Source of the DNA: Nitrospira sp.
GTDB lineage: Bacteria; Nitrospirota; Nitrospiria; Nitrospirales; Nitrospiraceae
Direction of reading: 5' to 3'
Length of the DNA stretch: 64,000 bases
NCBI GenBank assembly: GCA_029240595.1
Contig: JARDZZ010000001.1
Coordinates: 192 to 64,191, forward strand
A model generated the notes under the pieces. It worked only from the letters and a program-made list of their open reading frames with translations. It did not search any database and was not told the origin of the DNA. Positions 27,796 through 37,582 of the stretch are shown here, piece after piece (position 1 is the stretch's first letter; the number at the start of each line of letters is the position of its first letter). The position numbers and the translations under genes were made by a program.

Positions 27796-29477
27796 GGCGT
27801 TCGTCCCTCATGCCATAACCGCACACCATCCCCACCCGAGCGAGGCAGACACACCACAAAGCATGTTCCCCGTTGCGGCTGGCTCTCAACCTTAATCCAG
27901 CCACCGTGCAGATCGACAATGCGATGAACGGCGGCCAGCCCCAATCCCGAACCTTCTTTCTTCGTCGTAAAAAACGGGAGAAAGATCTTGTCTAAATTGT
28001 CCTGCGCAATGCCCTCGCCCGTGTCTTGGAAAGCGATTTCGACGATGTCGCCGCTTCGTCCGGCGGCGTCGACATGGCGGCACCCTGTCGAAATGGCAAG
28101 TTGCCCGCCATCCGGCATGGCGTCAAACGCGTTCGTGGCGAGGTTCCAAAACACTTGGCGCATTTGATTCTGGTCCACCTGGACCACCAGGGGTCCGACG
28201 GCCAATGACGTCGCGATCGTAATCCGTTTTCTGATCCGCGCTTCATGTTGTACTAGATCCATCGTCTCGGCAAGAATTTTGTTTATATTGTGTTCGGCCA
28301 AATCGAGCTCCGGCGGCCTGGCGTACTGAAGAAACTCTGTGATAATGGCGTCCAGCCTCGTGGCCTCCCGGATGGCGATGTCCATGAGCCGCCGGTCGGT
28401 CGCATCGGCCGTCGATTCCTTTCGCAGCATCTGCATCGCGCCGGCCAAGGCGCCCAACGGATTTCTGATCTCATGGGCCATCCCGGCCGACATTTCACCC
28501 AGATTGGCCAGCCATTCCTTGCGCCGCATTTCTGCTTCGAGCTCTCGGATTTGCGTCAAGTCCTTGAACACACCGACCAACCCGTGTTCTTCCCGCTGTT
28601 CATACAGCGGCGAGACGGTCATGCCGAGCACGAGGCGGTTGCCGTTTGCATTCTTACACTCCACCTCAAACCGCGTCATGGCAGGCAGTGCCCCTGCGGT
28701 TGCGTCGTCGGAGGGTTGATTCGGATGCCAGTTGAAAATTTCTCGCCAAGCCCGCCCGAGGACCTGACCGGCTGTGTAGCCGGTCAGTTCTTGCGCCGCG
28801 GGGTTGAAGGACGTGAGCGCGCCTGTGGCATCGGCGGTAAAGATCCCGCTACTGATGCTCCGGACGATGTTTTCATGAAAGGCCTGGAGCCGGTTCAAGC
28901 CTTGTTCTTTTTCGCGGAGCGATTGATCGACCCGATAGAGTTGGTCCGCCAGCGTGCCACTCAGCAAGCCTACGATGAGAAGGGCCAACGCATACACCCC
29001 GAACGTCTGGAACACCTCCGCCACGCCGACGTGCCCCGCCGGCACGCTACCCCAGCTTGACGCGAAGCCGTAGAGCTGGGCATTCGTCACCACGCCGAAC
29101 ACAATGATGCAGGTGCATGCCGCAAACAGGCCAACGCGGCGCTGTGGGATGAGGCTGGCGACGGCAACCGTGATCACATAGAGGACCGCGAAGGGACTCT
29201 CGACTCCTCCAGTGCGCGCGACCAGCACAGTTTCGAGGAGAAAATCGATGCCGACTTGAATCCAGAAGAACGTGGTGAGGGCGGAAGGCGTCTTGAGCGT
29301 ACGAAGCAAGACTGCAGAGGGAATGGTCAGCGCATAGGTGAGGACGATGAGTGTATAAAAGGTGTCGACACGTTCGCCTTTGGTCGCCTGGAAGATGAGC
29401 GACAAGCCCAGCATGAGGGTGACGAAGGTCACCCGAAGCCCCATCAACCACTGAAGCCTGGCTCGCAGAACATCCAT
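27780..29477 (-). CDS. pilS: membrane sensor histidine kinase (PilS-like, PAS domain)
   Basis: About 6 TM segments, a PAS domain, AHEIRNPL, NAFDA, DTGEG and GSGLGL. Confidence 0.8.
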   Translation of the reverse strand: MDVLRARLQWLMGLRVTFVTLMLGLSLIFQATKGERVDTFYTLIVLTYALTIPSAVLLRTLKTPSALTTFFWIQVGIDFLLETVLVARTGGVESPFAVLYVITVAVASLIPQRRVGLFAACTCIIVFGVVTNAQLYGFASSWGSVPAGHVGVAEVFQTFGVYALALLIVGLLSGTLADQLYRVDQSLREKEQGLNRLQAFHENIVRSISSGIFTADATGALTSFNPAAQELTGYTAGQVLGRAWREIFNWHPNQPSDDATAGALPAMTRFEVECKNANGNRLVLGMTVSPLYEQREEHGLVGVFKDLTQIRELEAEMRRKEWLANLGEMSAGMAHEIRNPLGALAGAMQMLRKESTADATDRRLMDIAIREATRLDAIITEFLQYARPPELDLAEHNINKILAETMDLVQHEARIRKRITIATSLAVGPLVVQVDQNQMRQVFWNLATNAFDAMPDGGQLAISTGCRHVDAAGRSGDIVEIAFQDTGEGIAQDNLDKIFLPFFTTKKEGSGLGLAAVHRIVDLHGGWIKVESQPQRGTCFVVCLPRSGGDGVRLWHEGRTPWKRS

Positions 29478-29547
29478 GCGTTGTTACGGTTCGAAGAGAC
29501 CCCACCCGGACCGGGCATGCGAGAAACCGGCGGAGCGGCGCAAGAGC

Positions 29548-30762
29548 CTACCCAATCGCGGAGGCCATCTTGAAGATGGGAAGATACATCGCGATGACAA
29601 TAAAGCCGATCACGACGCCCAGGAACACCATCATCATGGGTTCGAGTAATGACGTCAGTGAGGCCACCGCCTGATCGACCTCATCTTCGTAGAAATCGGC
29701 GATTTTCCCGAGCATGGCATCGAGTGCGCCCGTGGATTCTCCCACGGCAATCATGTGCGTGACCATCTTGGGGAACACCTGACTCTGGGTCAACGGATCC
29801 GCAATCGTCTTGCCTCCGCTGATGCTGACGCGCGCGTTCAACAGCGCTTCCTCGATGACCTTGTTGCCGGAGGTTTTGGCACATATGGATAATCCGTCGA
29901 GAAGAGGGACCCCGCTCGAAAGCAACGTTCCCAGCGTACGGGTGAACTTGGCAACGGACGCTTTGCGAATCAGATCGCCAAATATTGGCGTCTTCAGCAG
30001 AAACCTGTCGATTGCCATCCTCCCCTTTGGCGTTGCGTAATATTTCTTCACGAGCGTCACCGCTCCGACGATCAGGCCGACGCCAATGTACCAAAACGAT
30101 TGAAAGGCATTGCTGATGTCGATGACGAGCTGCGTTGGCCCCGGCAAGCCGACTTTGCCGTTGGAGAGCTCTTCGAACATCTTCGCGAAAATGGGAATCA
30201 CGAAGATCATCAGGACGGTGATCACGATGCCCGCGACGCCGAGAATTGCCGACGGATAGATCATGGCCGACTTGATCTGCCCCTTGAGCTTCATGGCCTT
30301 TTCAATATGCTTGGCAAGGCGAGTCAAAATCGTGTCGAGCAAGCCGCCGACCTCGCCTGCATGCACCATGTTCACGTACAGGTCGTCGAATACTTTGGGA
30401 TGCCGCCGCAACGCGTCGGAAAACGTGGAGCCGGCTTCCACTTGGCCCCTCACTTCACCCACCGTTTCGCGCAGCACTTTATTTTCAGATTGCGTCGAAA
30501 GGATTTCGAGACATTGCACCAGCGGAAGACCGGCATTGATCATGGTTCCGAACTGCCGCGTGAACACCACCAGGTCTTTGTCGGTCAGACCGGACCCGAA
30601 GCTGAGCTTGAGCCCTCCCTTCCCCGTCTTCTCTTCGAGACTGGTGACGACTACACTTTGCTTGCGGAGCTGATCGACCGCCTCATCTTTGGTCTTGGCA
30701 GTCAGTTCACCCTTCTTGACCGCTCCGGACCGTGAACGCCCGACATACGCAAAGGTCGCCAT
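29548..30762 (-). CDS. pilC: type IV pilus platform protein (GspF family)
   Basis: FTRQ..TMINAGLPL, AGE.GG.L, GESTGALD.ML.KIA.FY and AMYLPIF motifs. Confidence 0.93.
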   Translation of the reverse strand: MATFAYVGRSRSGAVKKGELTAKTKDEAVDQLRKQSVVVTSLEEKTGKGGLKLSFGSGLTDKDLVVFTRQFGTMINAGLPLVQCLEILSTQSENKVLRETVGEVRGQVEAGSTFSDALRRHPKVFDDLYVNMVHAGEVGGLLDTILTRLAKHIEKAMKLKGQIKSAMIYPSAILGVAGIVITVLMIFVIPIFAKMFEELSNGKVGLPGPTQLVIDISNAFQSFWYIGVGLIVGAVTLVKKYYATPKGRMAIDRFLLKTPIFGDLIRKASVAKFTRTLGTLLSSGVPLLDGLSICAKTSGNKVIEEALLNARVSISGGKTIADPLTQSQVFPKMVTHMIAVGESTGALDAMLGKIADFYEDEVDQAVASLTSLLEPMMMVFLGVVIGFIVIAMYLPIFKMASAIG

Positions 30763-30829
30763 AAGTCACTCTCACCTTTTTTGAGAGGTCCTCAACAACC
30801 GAATTTTCGATGGAAATACCTACGTGGCG

Positions 30830-30858
30830 AGTCTACTGGTCACCTGAAAAACTGTCAA
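30830..30858 (-). promoter_or_regulatory. putative sigma70 promoter of pilC
   Basis: TTGACA-17 bp-TAGACT, close to consensus. Confidence 0.65.
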
Positions 30859-30908
30859 ACAAATGCACAATCTGCGCGAAGTAGCGGCGAAGCGAGCCCG
30901 GCTAGCGA

Positions 30909-31445
30909 TCAAGTTGGAGATGCACCAACAGATCGGTACCCACGATAAAGATAATGACAGCCGGAGGAGACCGTAAATGCGACCATGGCGATCAAGAGCG
31001 GGTTCAGCACCGATAGATCCAAGTGACGCGAGCTCAAGAAAATCACAAGCAGCACGTAGGCGAGTTGCAAGAAGGTGGCCCCTTTTCCGAAAAAAGTCGG
31101 GGCGATATCAATATTCGACTCTGTGAACTGCGCCACGGCGGTTCCCAGCAGAAGCATCGCATCGCGACTGACCACAAGAATGGTGACCCAGGAAGGAATG
31201 AGATGGATCGCGGAAAGCGTCACGAACCCTGACGTCAGCAGCAGTTTATCGGCCAATGGATCCAAAAACGCACCCAAGCGGGTCCGTTGATTTGCCGCCC
31301 GAGCGATGGTTCCATCGAGCGCATCCGTGACGCCGGCCACCAGCAGGACGATCATGGCCCCGTTGAACCGTTCGTAAATCAATAACCCGACGTAGACCGG
31401 AATCAGCAAAATGCGAAGAATGGTCAGACTGTTGGGGATATTCAT
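30909..31445 (-). CDS. CDP-alcohol phosphatidyltransferase (PgsA-like)
   Basis: PNSLTILRI and D.LDG.IAR...RT.LGAFLDPLADK motifs. Confidence 0.88.
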   Translation of the reverse strand: MNIPNSLTILRILLIPVYVGLLIYERFNGAMIVLLVAGVTDALDGTIARAANQRTRLGAFLDPLADKLLLTSGFVTLSAIHLIPSWVTILVVSRDAMLLLGTAVAQFTESNIDIAPTFFGKGATFLQLAYVLLVIFLSSRHLDLSVLNPLLIAMVAFTVSSGCHYLYRGYRSVGASPT

Positions 31446-31483
31446 GCGGCGTAGGAAGCATCCGGCCCCGGCTGAGCAGCGAA

Positions 31484-31545
31484 ATAATAGGAGGGGTGAG
31501 CAATGAAGTCAACGGCTTGCAGTCGGCGGTCGACCGCCCTATACT
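31484..31545. promoter_or_regulatory. back-to-back sigma70 promoters
   Basis: Minus strand: TTGACT(31507-12)-17-TATTAT(31484-89). Plus strand: TTGCAG(31517-22)-17-TATACT(31540-45). Confidence 0.5.
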
Positions 31546-31573
31546 GCAACTCCGCCTACACGAGGAAATGCCG

Positions 31574-31891
31574 ATGAACGTGCTGGCCTCCCTGTTTAAA
31601 CGAGACGGATTAGTCGAAAAACACCAACTGGAAGGGGTTGATCCCAGCGATCGTTATTTCAACCGAGCCGTTCTCGTCAACCGCACCGCTTCCGGCTACT
31701 CGGCCAAGATGATGTACGAGGCACTCACGGTCGAAGGCCTATCGCATCCCACCATTGCCGCCGCCATCACGGAGCTTGTTGTAAAATTGCAGTCGCTTGG
31801 CTTCAGCCGGATCAGGACCAGGGCAAATTTCAAAGGCACTAAGTATCTCGCAGAAAAAGAAACCTGGATCGAATATCAGGATCCGGTTTGA
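31574..31891 (+). CDS. hypothetical protein
   Basis: Fills the gap between divergent and convergent genes. GAGG precedes ATG 31574 and there is a candidate promoter. No recognised motif. Confidence 0.65.
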   Translation: MNVLASLFKRDGLVEKHQLEGVDPSDRYFNRAVLVNRTASGYSAKMMYEALTVEGLSHPTIAAAITELVVKLQSLGFSRIRTRANFKGTKYLAEKETWIEYQDPV

Positions 31892-31892
31892 T

Positions 31893-33017
31893 TCACTTCG
31901 TCCCGCTCACGATTTCCTGAAACACCACATCATGAATCAGCGGACGGAAGGCCCGGATCTTTTCATTCTTCCGGGTTGGATGTACGCGATTGGTGAGTAA
32001 CAGCACTTCCAATTTTCTCCGGGGATCAACCCATAACGAGGTCCCCGTATATCCCAGATGGCCAAACGATTCCGGAGATAAGTGGCTCCCAGATGACGAA
32101 GGCGCCGTCGGCGTATCCCATCCCAATGCCCAACTGGACTGCGAACAAGATGACACCCTTCGCGTGAACTCCCGAACGAGTCTCTGCTCAAGCATGGACC
32201 GCTGTCCTTCATAGGAGCGAAGCCAGACACCGGAGACGGCCAGCACGGCTTCCGCGGTGCCGAACAACCCTGCGTGCCCTGCGACCCCGCCCATGGCAGC
32301 GGCATTCTCGTCGTGCACTTGCCCTTTCAGCAGTTGCCGCCTCCACTCATCCCATTCCGTCGGGGCGATGCTCGAGACAGCCACCGCCGGTCGACTCGAA
32401 CAGGACTCCGTCTCAGTGGGATTGAAGCACAGAGGCTGCGCTCCCAGCGGCCTTGCCACGGACTCGTCAAAATACTCGTCCAGCGGTTTTCCACTCGCCC
32501 GTTCGACCGCTAACCCCAACAGAATAAATCCAAGGTCGCTGTACTCACTCCGCTCGCCTCTCCGGTACATCAATGGTTCTTGGCCGATGAGGTGCAACAC
32601 TGTTTGGCGTACGGATTCAGATCGGCCCCATTCGATGCCGTTGGCTGTGAGTCCCTCATACAGCGGACGCCATCCTGGAAGACCAGACCGATGCTGGAGA
32701 AGCTCCCGTAGCGTGGCTACCCCAACAGGCGTGCCATGAAGATCGTCGAGAGTGTGTTCTACGGGTGCATCGAGGTCCAGCGTTCCTGATTGCACAAGGA
32801 GAAGAATGGAGGTCACAGTCGCCAACGGTTTGGTCAGCGACGCCAAGTCATAAACCGTGGACGCCTGCACAAGATCGGTTGGATCCGACGAGAGACAACC
32901 GGACAGGACAAGACACTTGAGCTCACCGGCCAACCGCACGGCCAACACCCCGCCGGGGAATACGCCGTCCCGCACCGCCTGATCCATTGCGGCCTGAATG
33001 ACACGAAGGCCTTTCAT
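31893..33017 (-). CDS. serine hydrolase, beta-lactamase-like family
   Basis: SxxK (DLASLTK), YSDLG, VHDENA..GGVAGHAGLF and FGHLGYTGTS motifs; start uncertain (33017-33074). Confidence 0.85.
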   Translation of the reverse strand: MKGLRVIQAAMDQAVRDGVFPGGVLAVRLAGELKCLVLSGCLSSDPTDLVQASTVYDLASLTKPLATVTSILLLVQSGTLDLDAPVEHTLDDLHGTPVGVATLRELLQHRSGLPGWRPLYEGLTANGIEWGRSESVRQTVLHLIGQEPLMYRRGERSEYSDLGFILLGLAVERASGKPLDEYFDESVARPLGAQPLCFNPTETESCSSRPAVAVSSIAPTEWDEWRRQLLKGQVHDENAAAMGGVAGHAGLFGTAEAVLAVSGVWLRSYEGQRSMLEQRLVREFTRRVSSCSQSSWALGWDTPTAPSSSGSHLSPESFGHLGYTGTSLWVDPRRKLEVLLLTNRVHPTRKNEKIRAFRPLIHDVVFQEIVSGTK

Positions 33018-33179
33018 AGACAACGGCCACAGGCGATGGAAGAAGCGACTTGAAAGAGCCGTGCATCGCTCCACGTGGACCGGAGGCTCAAAAACAATGC
33101 GCTAGGCATTCGCACGGGGATAGGTTCGAAAACAGGTGAAGAAGGAAGGGCGCAGAGGAAGGATCGCTTTACCATCCTC

Positions 33180-33692
33180 TCACAATGCAGGGCTCGATTC
33201 TCCCTCGAGCTTATGCTCGGCACTCGAGGCACCGTCTTGGAAGGCTTCTTGTTCCTCCACTTCCAGCATTCGCTCGAAGGTGCGCAACGTCGCACGCAAG
33301 CGTTCGACCATTAAGAGCCGCTGCTTTTGCAGAACAGAGAGATCACGCTGAGTGTTGGACAGCTCGACCCGAGCCTGACGTATCATCTCGCCGGCCTTGA
33401 GCTCAGCTTCTTTGATGACGAGCTCGGACTCCCGTTGCGCGCTGCGTTTGACATCCTCTGCGAGCGACTGCGCAGACACGAGCGTGTTCGACAGGGTCAC
33501 CTCGGTCCGCTTTAATTCGATCAACTGCTGCTCCAAAAACGTGATTTTCTCTCTCTGCACCGCATTCTCACGGTTCAGCTCTTCGACCGTCTCGGCAATT
33601 TCTTCCAAAAAGCGATTGACTTCTTCCTTGTCGTAGCCGCGGAAACCGGTTTTGAACACCATTTGCTGAATGTCCAGCGGTGTGATTTTCAT
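33180..33692 (-). CDS. divIVA: DivIVA domain protein
   Basis: ITPLDIQ..F...FRGYD.EEV..FL, followed by a coiled coil. Confidence 0.9.
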   Translation of the reverse strand: MKITPLDIQQMVFKTGFRGYDKEEVNRFLEEIAETVEELNRENAVQREKITFLEQQLIELKRTEVTLSNTLVSAQSLAEDVKRSAQRESELVIKEAELKAGEMIRQARVELSNTQRDLSVLQKQRLLMVERLRATLRTFERMLEVEEQEAFQDGASSAEHKLEGESSPAL

Positions 33693-33713
33693 GACTGTCC
33701 TCCTCTAGGATGC

Positions 33714-34010
33714 TTATCCAATCGCCGTTGCCATTTGATGAAGAGAAGGCACAATAAATCTCTGTAAAAACATGAGAAGAAGGATCAGGATAATTGGAGA
33801 CACATCTACGCCAAGCCTCCACCCGATCATCCTTCGGATGGGAGCCAACGCTGGTTCAGTCACTTTTTCAAGAAACTGCACGATCGGATTCCACGGATCA
33901 GGGTTGACCCAGGAAATCACCGCACGGGCGATGACGACGTACATATACAACTCCAAGAGATAATAGACGATTGAAGCCAATGCCGTGAAAAAATTTTCGA
34001 CGACAAACAT
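33714..34010 (-). CDS. yggT: YggT/YlmG family membrane protein
   Basis: SWVNPDPWNPIVQFL...TEP.L.PIRR and DVSPI motifs. Confidence 0.92.
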   Translation of the reverse strand: MFVVENFFTALASIVYYLLELYMYVVIARAVISWVNPDPWNPIVQFLEKVTEPALAPIRRMIGWRLGVDVSPIILILLLMFLQRFIVPSLHQMATAIG

Positions 34011-34813
34011 CAGCGCGCGAGCTCCTGGGAACGTTTTGTCGCGGCTTCGACGGCCCCCATCAGTGTAGCACGGAACTTGCCCTGTTCAAGCTGATGGAGC
34101 CCGGCGATCGTCGTGCCGCCGGGCGAGGCGACACGGTCCTTCAGTGTTGCGGGATGGGTGCCGGTCTCAAGAACCATTCTTGCTGCGCCCAGCACTGTTT
34201 GAACGGCCAATAACTCTGCCGTTTGACGAGGTAATCCCATCTTGACTCCGCCGTCTGCCAAGGCTTCAAGGACTAGGAAGACATAGGCAGGGCCGCTTCC
34301 ACTGAGTCCTGTCACGGCATCCATGAGGCGCTCTTCCACGGGAATGACGCGCCCGACGGCTTCGAATATCGTGCGGGCGACGAGGCTGTCTTCTTCCCTC
34401 ACTTCCTCACCCCATGCCAAGGCCGTGATGCCCTCACGGACCAGGGCGGGCGTATTAGGCATTGCGCGGATGATGCGCGTACCTGGGGACGCCTGGCTAG
34501 CAATTGACTGAATGGTCACACCGGCGGCAATGGAAATGACCAGCACCCGATTGAGATCGGCCCCGATCTCGCTCAGCACTGTCGGGAGCGATTGAGGCTT
34601 GACAGCCAGGATCACAATGTCCGCCCATGTCACGGCCTGCCGGTTCTCTGCACCGACCCGAATTGAAAACAGACTCTTCAACCGATCACGGCGAGCGGCG
34701 ACCGGGTCGGACGCCCAGAGCGCATCCGAGTCACAGACGCCTGCGGCGAGCAGGCCACCGATCATGGCCTCGGCCATGTGGCCACTGCCAATAAAGGCAA
34801 TTTTTTTCGCCAT
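34010..34813 (-). CDS. proC: pyrroline-5-carboxylate reductase
   Basis: FIGSGHM, LAVKPQ, RAMPNTP, SGSGPAY and SPGGTT motifs. Confidence 0.95.
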   Translation of the reverse strand: MAKKIAFIGSGHMAEAMIGGLLAAGVCDSDALWASDPVAARRDRLKSLFSIRVGAENRQAVTWADIVILAVKPQSLPTVLSEIGADLNRVLVISIAAGVTIQSIASQASPGTRIIRAMPNTPALVREGITALAWGEEVREEDSLVARTIFEAVGRVIPVEERLMDAVTGLSGSGPAYVFLVLEALADGGVKMGLPRQTAELLAVQTVLGAARMVLETGTHPATLKDRVASPGGTTIAGLHQLEQGKFRATLMGAVEAATKRSQELAR

Positions 34814-34817
34814 CTGA

Positions 34818-35528
34818 CTAGCCACGTCGCTCTCCGAACAGTGCCGTGCCAAGGCGCACCAAGGTCGCCCCTTCCTCTATGGCAACCTCATAATCATGGG
34901 ACATACCCATTGAGAGTTCGTCCATTGAGATCCGAGAAATCTTCTGTTGTATTAAGCGTGCCGCCAAATCCCGAAGTGCTCGAAAATAGCGCCTCGCTCG
35001 CTCCGGTTCGCGCATGAGCGGTGGAATCGCCATTAATCCACACACCGCCACATGATCGAGTGCCCCCAGTTGAGGAAGGACCCCTGCCACTTCATCACCC
35101 AGAAACCCGGCTTTGCTGTGTTCTTCTCCGATATTCACTTCCAGCAGGATCTTTTGCCGTAATCCTGCCGCCCTCGCCCGTCGATCGATCTCATGAGCCA
35201 ATTCCAAGCTGTCGACGGAGTGAATCAGATCAAAAATTCCGACGACTGAGCGGACCTTTCGTCGCTGGAGGCGGCCGATAAAGTGCCAGATGACGCCCGT
35301 GTCTTTCAACGCCTCGATTTTTGGAAGGGCCTCTTGGAGCCGGTTCTCACCGGCAAGTGTCAGTCCCGCATCCACAGCCCTTCGAATATCTCCGATTGCG
35401 ACTGATTTCGTCGCGCCGACCAATTGTACACTGCCGTCCACGCGACCGGCCTTGCGCGTCGCCGCGCGGATTTGATTGAAGACGAATGCGACGCGATTTT
35501 CGATTGAGTCACCGGCTTCGGCATCCAT
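34818..35528 (-). CDS. yggS: PLP homeostasis protein YggS
   Basis: ATKS, GENRLQE, WHFIG.LQ, LSMGMSHD and VRLGTALFG motifs. Confidence 0.94.
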   Translation of the reverse strand: MDAEAGDSIENRVAFVFNQIRAATRKAGRVDGSVQLVGATKSVAIGDIRRAVDAGLTLAGENRLQEALPKIEALKDTGVIWHFIGRLQRRKVRSVVGIFDLIHSVDSLELAHEIDRRARAAGLRQKILLEVNIGEEHSKAGFLGDEVAGVLPQLGALDHVAVCGLMAIPPLMREPERARRYFRALRDLAARLIQQKISRISMDELSMGMSHDYEVAIEEGATLVRLGTALFGERRG

Positions 35529-35584
35529 CTTTGCCCGATCAAACCTACGGCTCCTTGGAATGCGTCGCCGTATTGTACACCGGC

Positions 35585-36319
35585 CTACCAGTGGGGCATC
35601 AACGTGATTCCGTTGAGCATGGTGCCATTCACGCGCCCTTCACGCCGATAGGAGAAGAATAGATGGGGATGGCAGATCGTGCAGAGATTGACCGTCGTAA
35701 TGTGTTCACGGTCGATGCCGATTTGGGCGGCCTGTCTTTTCACCAAGGCTTTCAAGTCGAGCTTGGCTCGGTTACCGCGACGATCTTTGAGGAGCGAAGA
35801 CCACTCGGTAGAGCCGCTGCGTAACGGCTCGAGCACCGCTTCATCGACCTCATAGCAACAGGATCCGGCGGACGGACCGATACTGACGCGCACATCGGCC
35901 TCATCGGTCGAAAAGCGGGCGATCATTAACTGGATGGTCTTGGGTACGATGCCAGCCAGCGCACCCCGCCATCCGGCATGGATTGCTGCTGCAACTTTCC
36001 GGCGCCGGTCGTAGACAAGTACGGGAACGCAATCCGCCGTACGAACTGCGACGGTCACACCAGGCTGATCCGTGATCAACGCGTCCCATCCACCTTGAAA
36101 TCGGTCGGATCCGGTCAGCGGACGATCAACGATCAGTGCATCCGTGCCATGCACCTGTTTCACGGAGAGCATCCAGCTCTGCCCGCTGACATCACGAGTT
36201 TGTGCAGGCACACCGGTTTCATACACGAGCGTGCCGGTATGGTGCCGCGTTCCGAAAAAATGCCTCACGCCGTCATGCGGCAAGCCAAAGGCAGGCACGG
36301 TGATCACCGAGGCGGTCAC
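35585..36319 (-). CDS. pgeF: peptidoglycan editing factor / purine nucleoside phosphorylase (YfiH/YlmD family)
   Basis: QVHG, TADCVPV, HAGWRG and FFSYRR motifs. Confidence 0.92.
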   Translation of the reverse strand: MTASVITVPAFGLPHDGVRHFFGTRHHTGTLVYETGVPAQTRDVSGQSWMLSVKQVHGTDALIVDRPLTGSDRFQGGWDALITDQPGVTVAVRTADCVPVLVYDRRRKVAAAIHAGWRGALAGIVPKTIQLMIARFSTDEADVRVSIGPSAGSCCYEVDEAVLEPLRSGSTEWSSLLKDRRGNRAKLDLKALVKRQAAQIGIDREHITTVNLCTICHPHLFFSYRREGRVNGTMLNGITLMPHW

Positions 36320-36359
36320 GCTGCTGCTCCCTCATCCGACTCAAACCGGAAAGCTTCGC

Positions 36360-37538
36360 TCAGTCGGCCTGTTTCCTCAAAAACGTCGGCACGTCCCACT
36401 CGTCATCGGCCGCCACGGCCAGTCGCTCCATGGATTCACGGTGATCTCCCATCCGGCGTAGATAGGTCGGACGGTCCAAATCTTTGTGCGGCCGATCGGC
36501 GACCGCCACACCATTGAAAGACGGTTGCCCAGTTCGTGCCATGCGAGCTTGGCTTGCAACTCCCACCGGCGTCGGCTGATCGTCTCGCTCAAAGCCGGTC
36601 GCAATCACGGTGACGACCAGATCGTCGCCCATGTCGGGATTGATAACCTGTCCGACAATGATGTTCGCCTCGGGATCCGCGGTCTGTTGGATGATGGACG
36701 CTGCCTCTTCAATTTCGTGCAGGGACATATTCGGCCCACCGCTGATGTTGAGAAGCACGCCGCGAGCACCTTCCACACTGCCTTCCTCCAGCAGCGGGCT
36801 GCAAATTGCCTTTTGCGCCGCTTCGATCGCTCGATTCGTTCCCCGAGAAACACCCATGCCCATGACAGCGCGGCCCGTGTGAGACATGACGGTACGCACG
36901 TCGGCAAAGTCCACGTTGACATGACCGGTCGTCGTGATCACGTCTGCAATGCCTTGAATCGCCTGGCGCAGGACGTCGTCAGCGACTTTAAAGGCGTCCA
37001 ACAAAGGCGTCGCCTTGTCGACGATGCCCAGCAAACGTTGGTTGGGAATCACGAGCAACGTATCGACGTGACGCCGGAGATCGCGAATGCCTTCATCGGC
37101 GTGCGTCATTCGTCGATGGCCCTCATACGAAAACGGTTTGGTGACGACGCCCACGGTCAGAATCCCCAGTTCACGTGCGATGCTCGCGACGATGGGTGCG
37201 GCCCCCGTTCCCGTTCCTCCTCCCATTCCCGCTGTCACGAAAACCATGTCGGCGCCTTCCAGGCATTCTCGAATTTGATCTTTGCTCTCAAGCGCCGATT
37301 CTTTTCCAATTTCCGGCTTCGCTCCGGCTCCGAGTCCTCTTGTTCGCTCAGGTCCAAGTTGAACCTTATACGCGGCACGGGATCGATCCAGCGCCTGCAG
37401 GTCCGTATTCGCGGCAATGAAATCGACGCGGGCCAGGCCCGACGTGATCATCGTATTGACCGCATTGCAGCCCGCGCCCCCCACTCCGATGACTTTAATG
37501 CGGACGGGCGACAGACAATCTTCTTGGAATGAGAACAT
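36360..37538 (-). CDS. ftsZ: cell division protein FtsZ
   Basis: GGGTGTG, NVDFAD and the C-terminal [11 protein letters not shown]. Confidence 0.98.
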   Translation of the reverse strand: MFSFQEDCLSPVRIKVIGVGGAGCNAVNTMITSGLARVDFIAANTDLQALDRSRAAYKVQLGPERTRGLGAGAKPEIGKESALESKDQIRECLEGADMVFVTAGMGGGTGTGAAPIVASIARELGILTVGVVTKPFSYEGHRRMTHADEGIRDLRRHVDTLLVIPNQRLLGIVDKATPLLDAFKVADDVLRQAIQGIADVITTTGHVNVDFADVRTVMSHTGRAVMGMGVSRGTNRAIEAAQKAICSPLLEEGSVEGARGVLLNISGGPNMSLHEIEEAASIIQQTADPEANIIVGQVINPDMGDDLVVTVIATGFERDDQPTPVGVASQARMARTGQPSFNGVAVADRPHKDLDRPTYLRRMGDHRESMERLAVAADDEWDVPTFLRKQAD

Positions 37539-37582
37539 CAGGACACCTCCATTGGCGCGAGGAGGTCCGCGCGCCGGTTAAG

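Noticed and set aside
36486-37532. 348-aa plus-strand ORF antisense to ftsZ (similarly 38006-38839, 8382-9131, 28290-29060)
   Set aside because: Shadow ORFs opposite well-conserved genes, expected from GC-rich codon bias; no motifs
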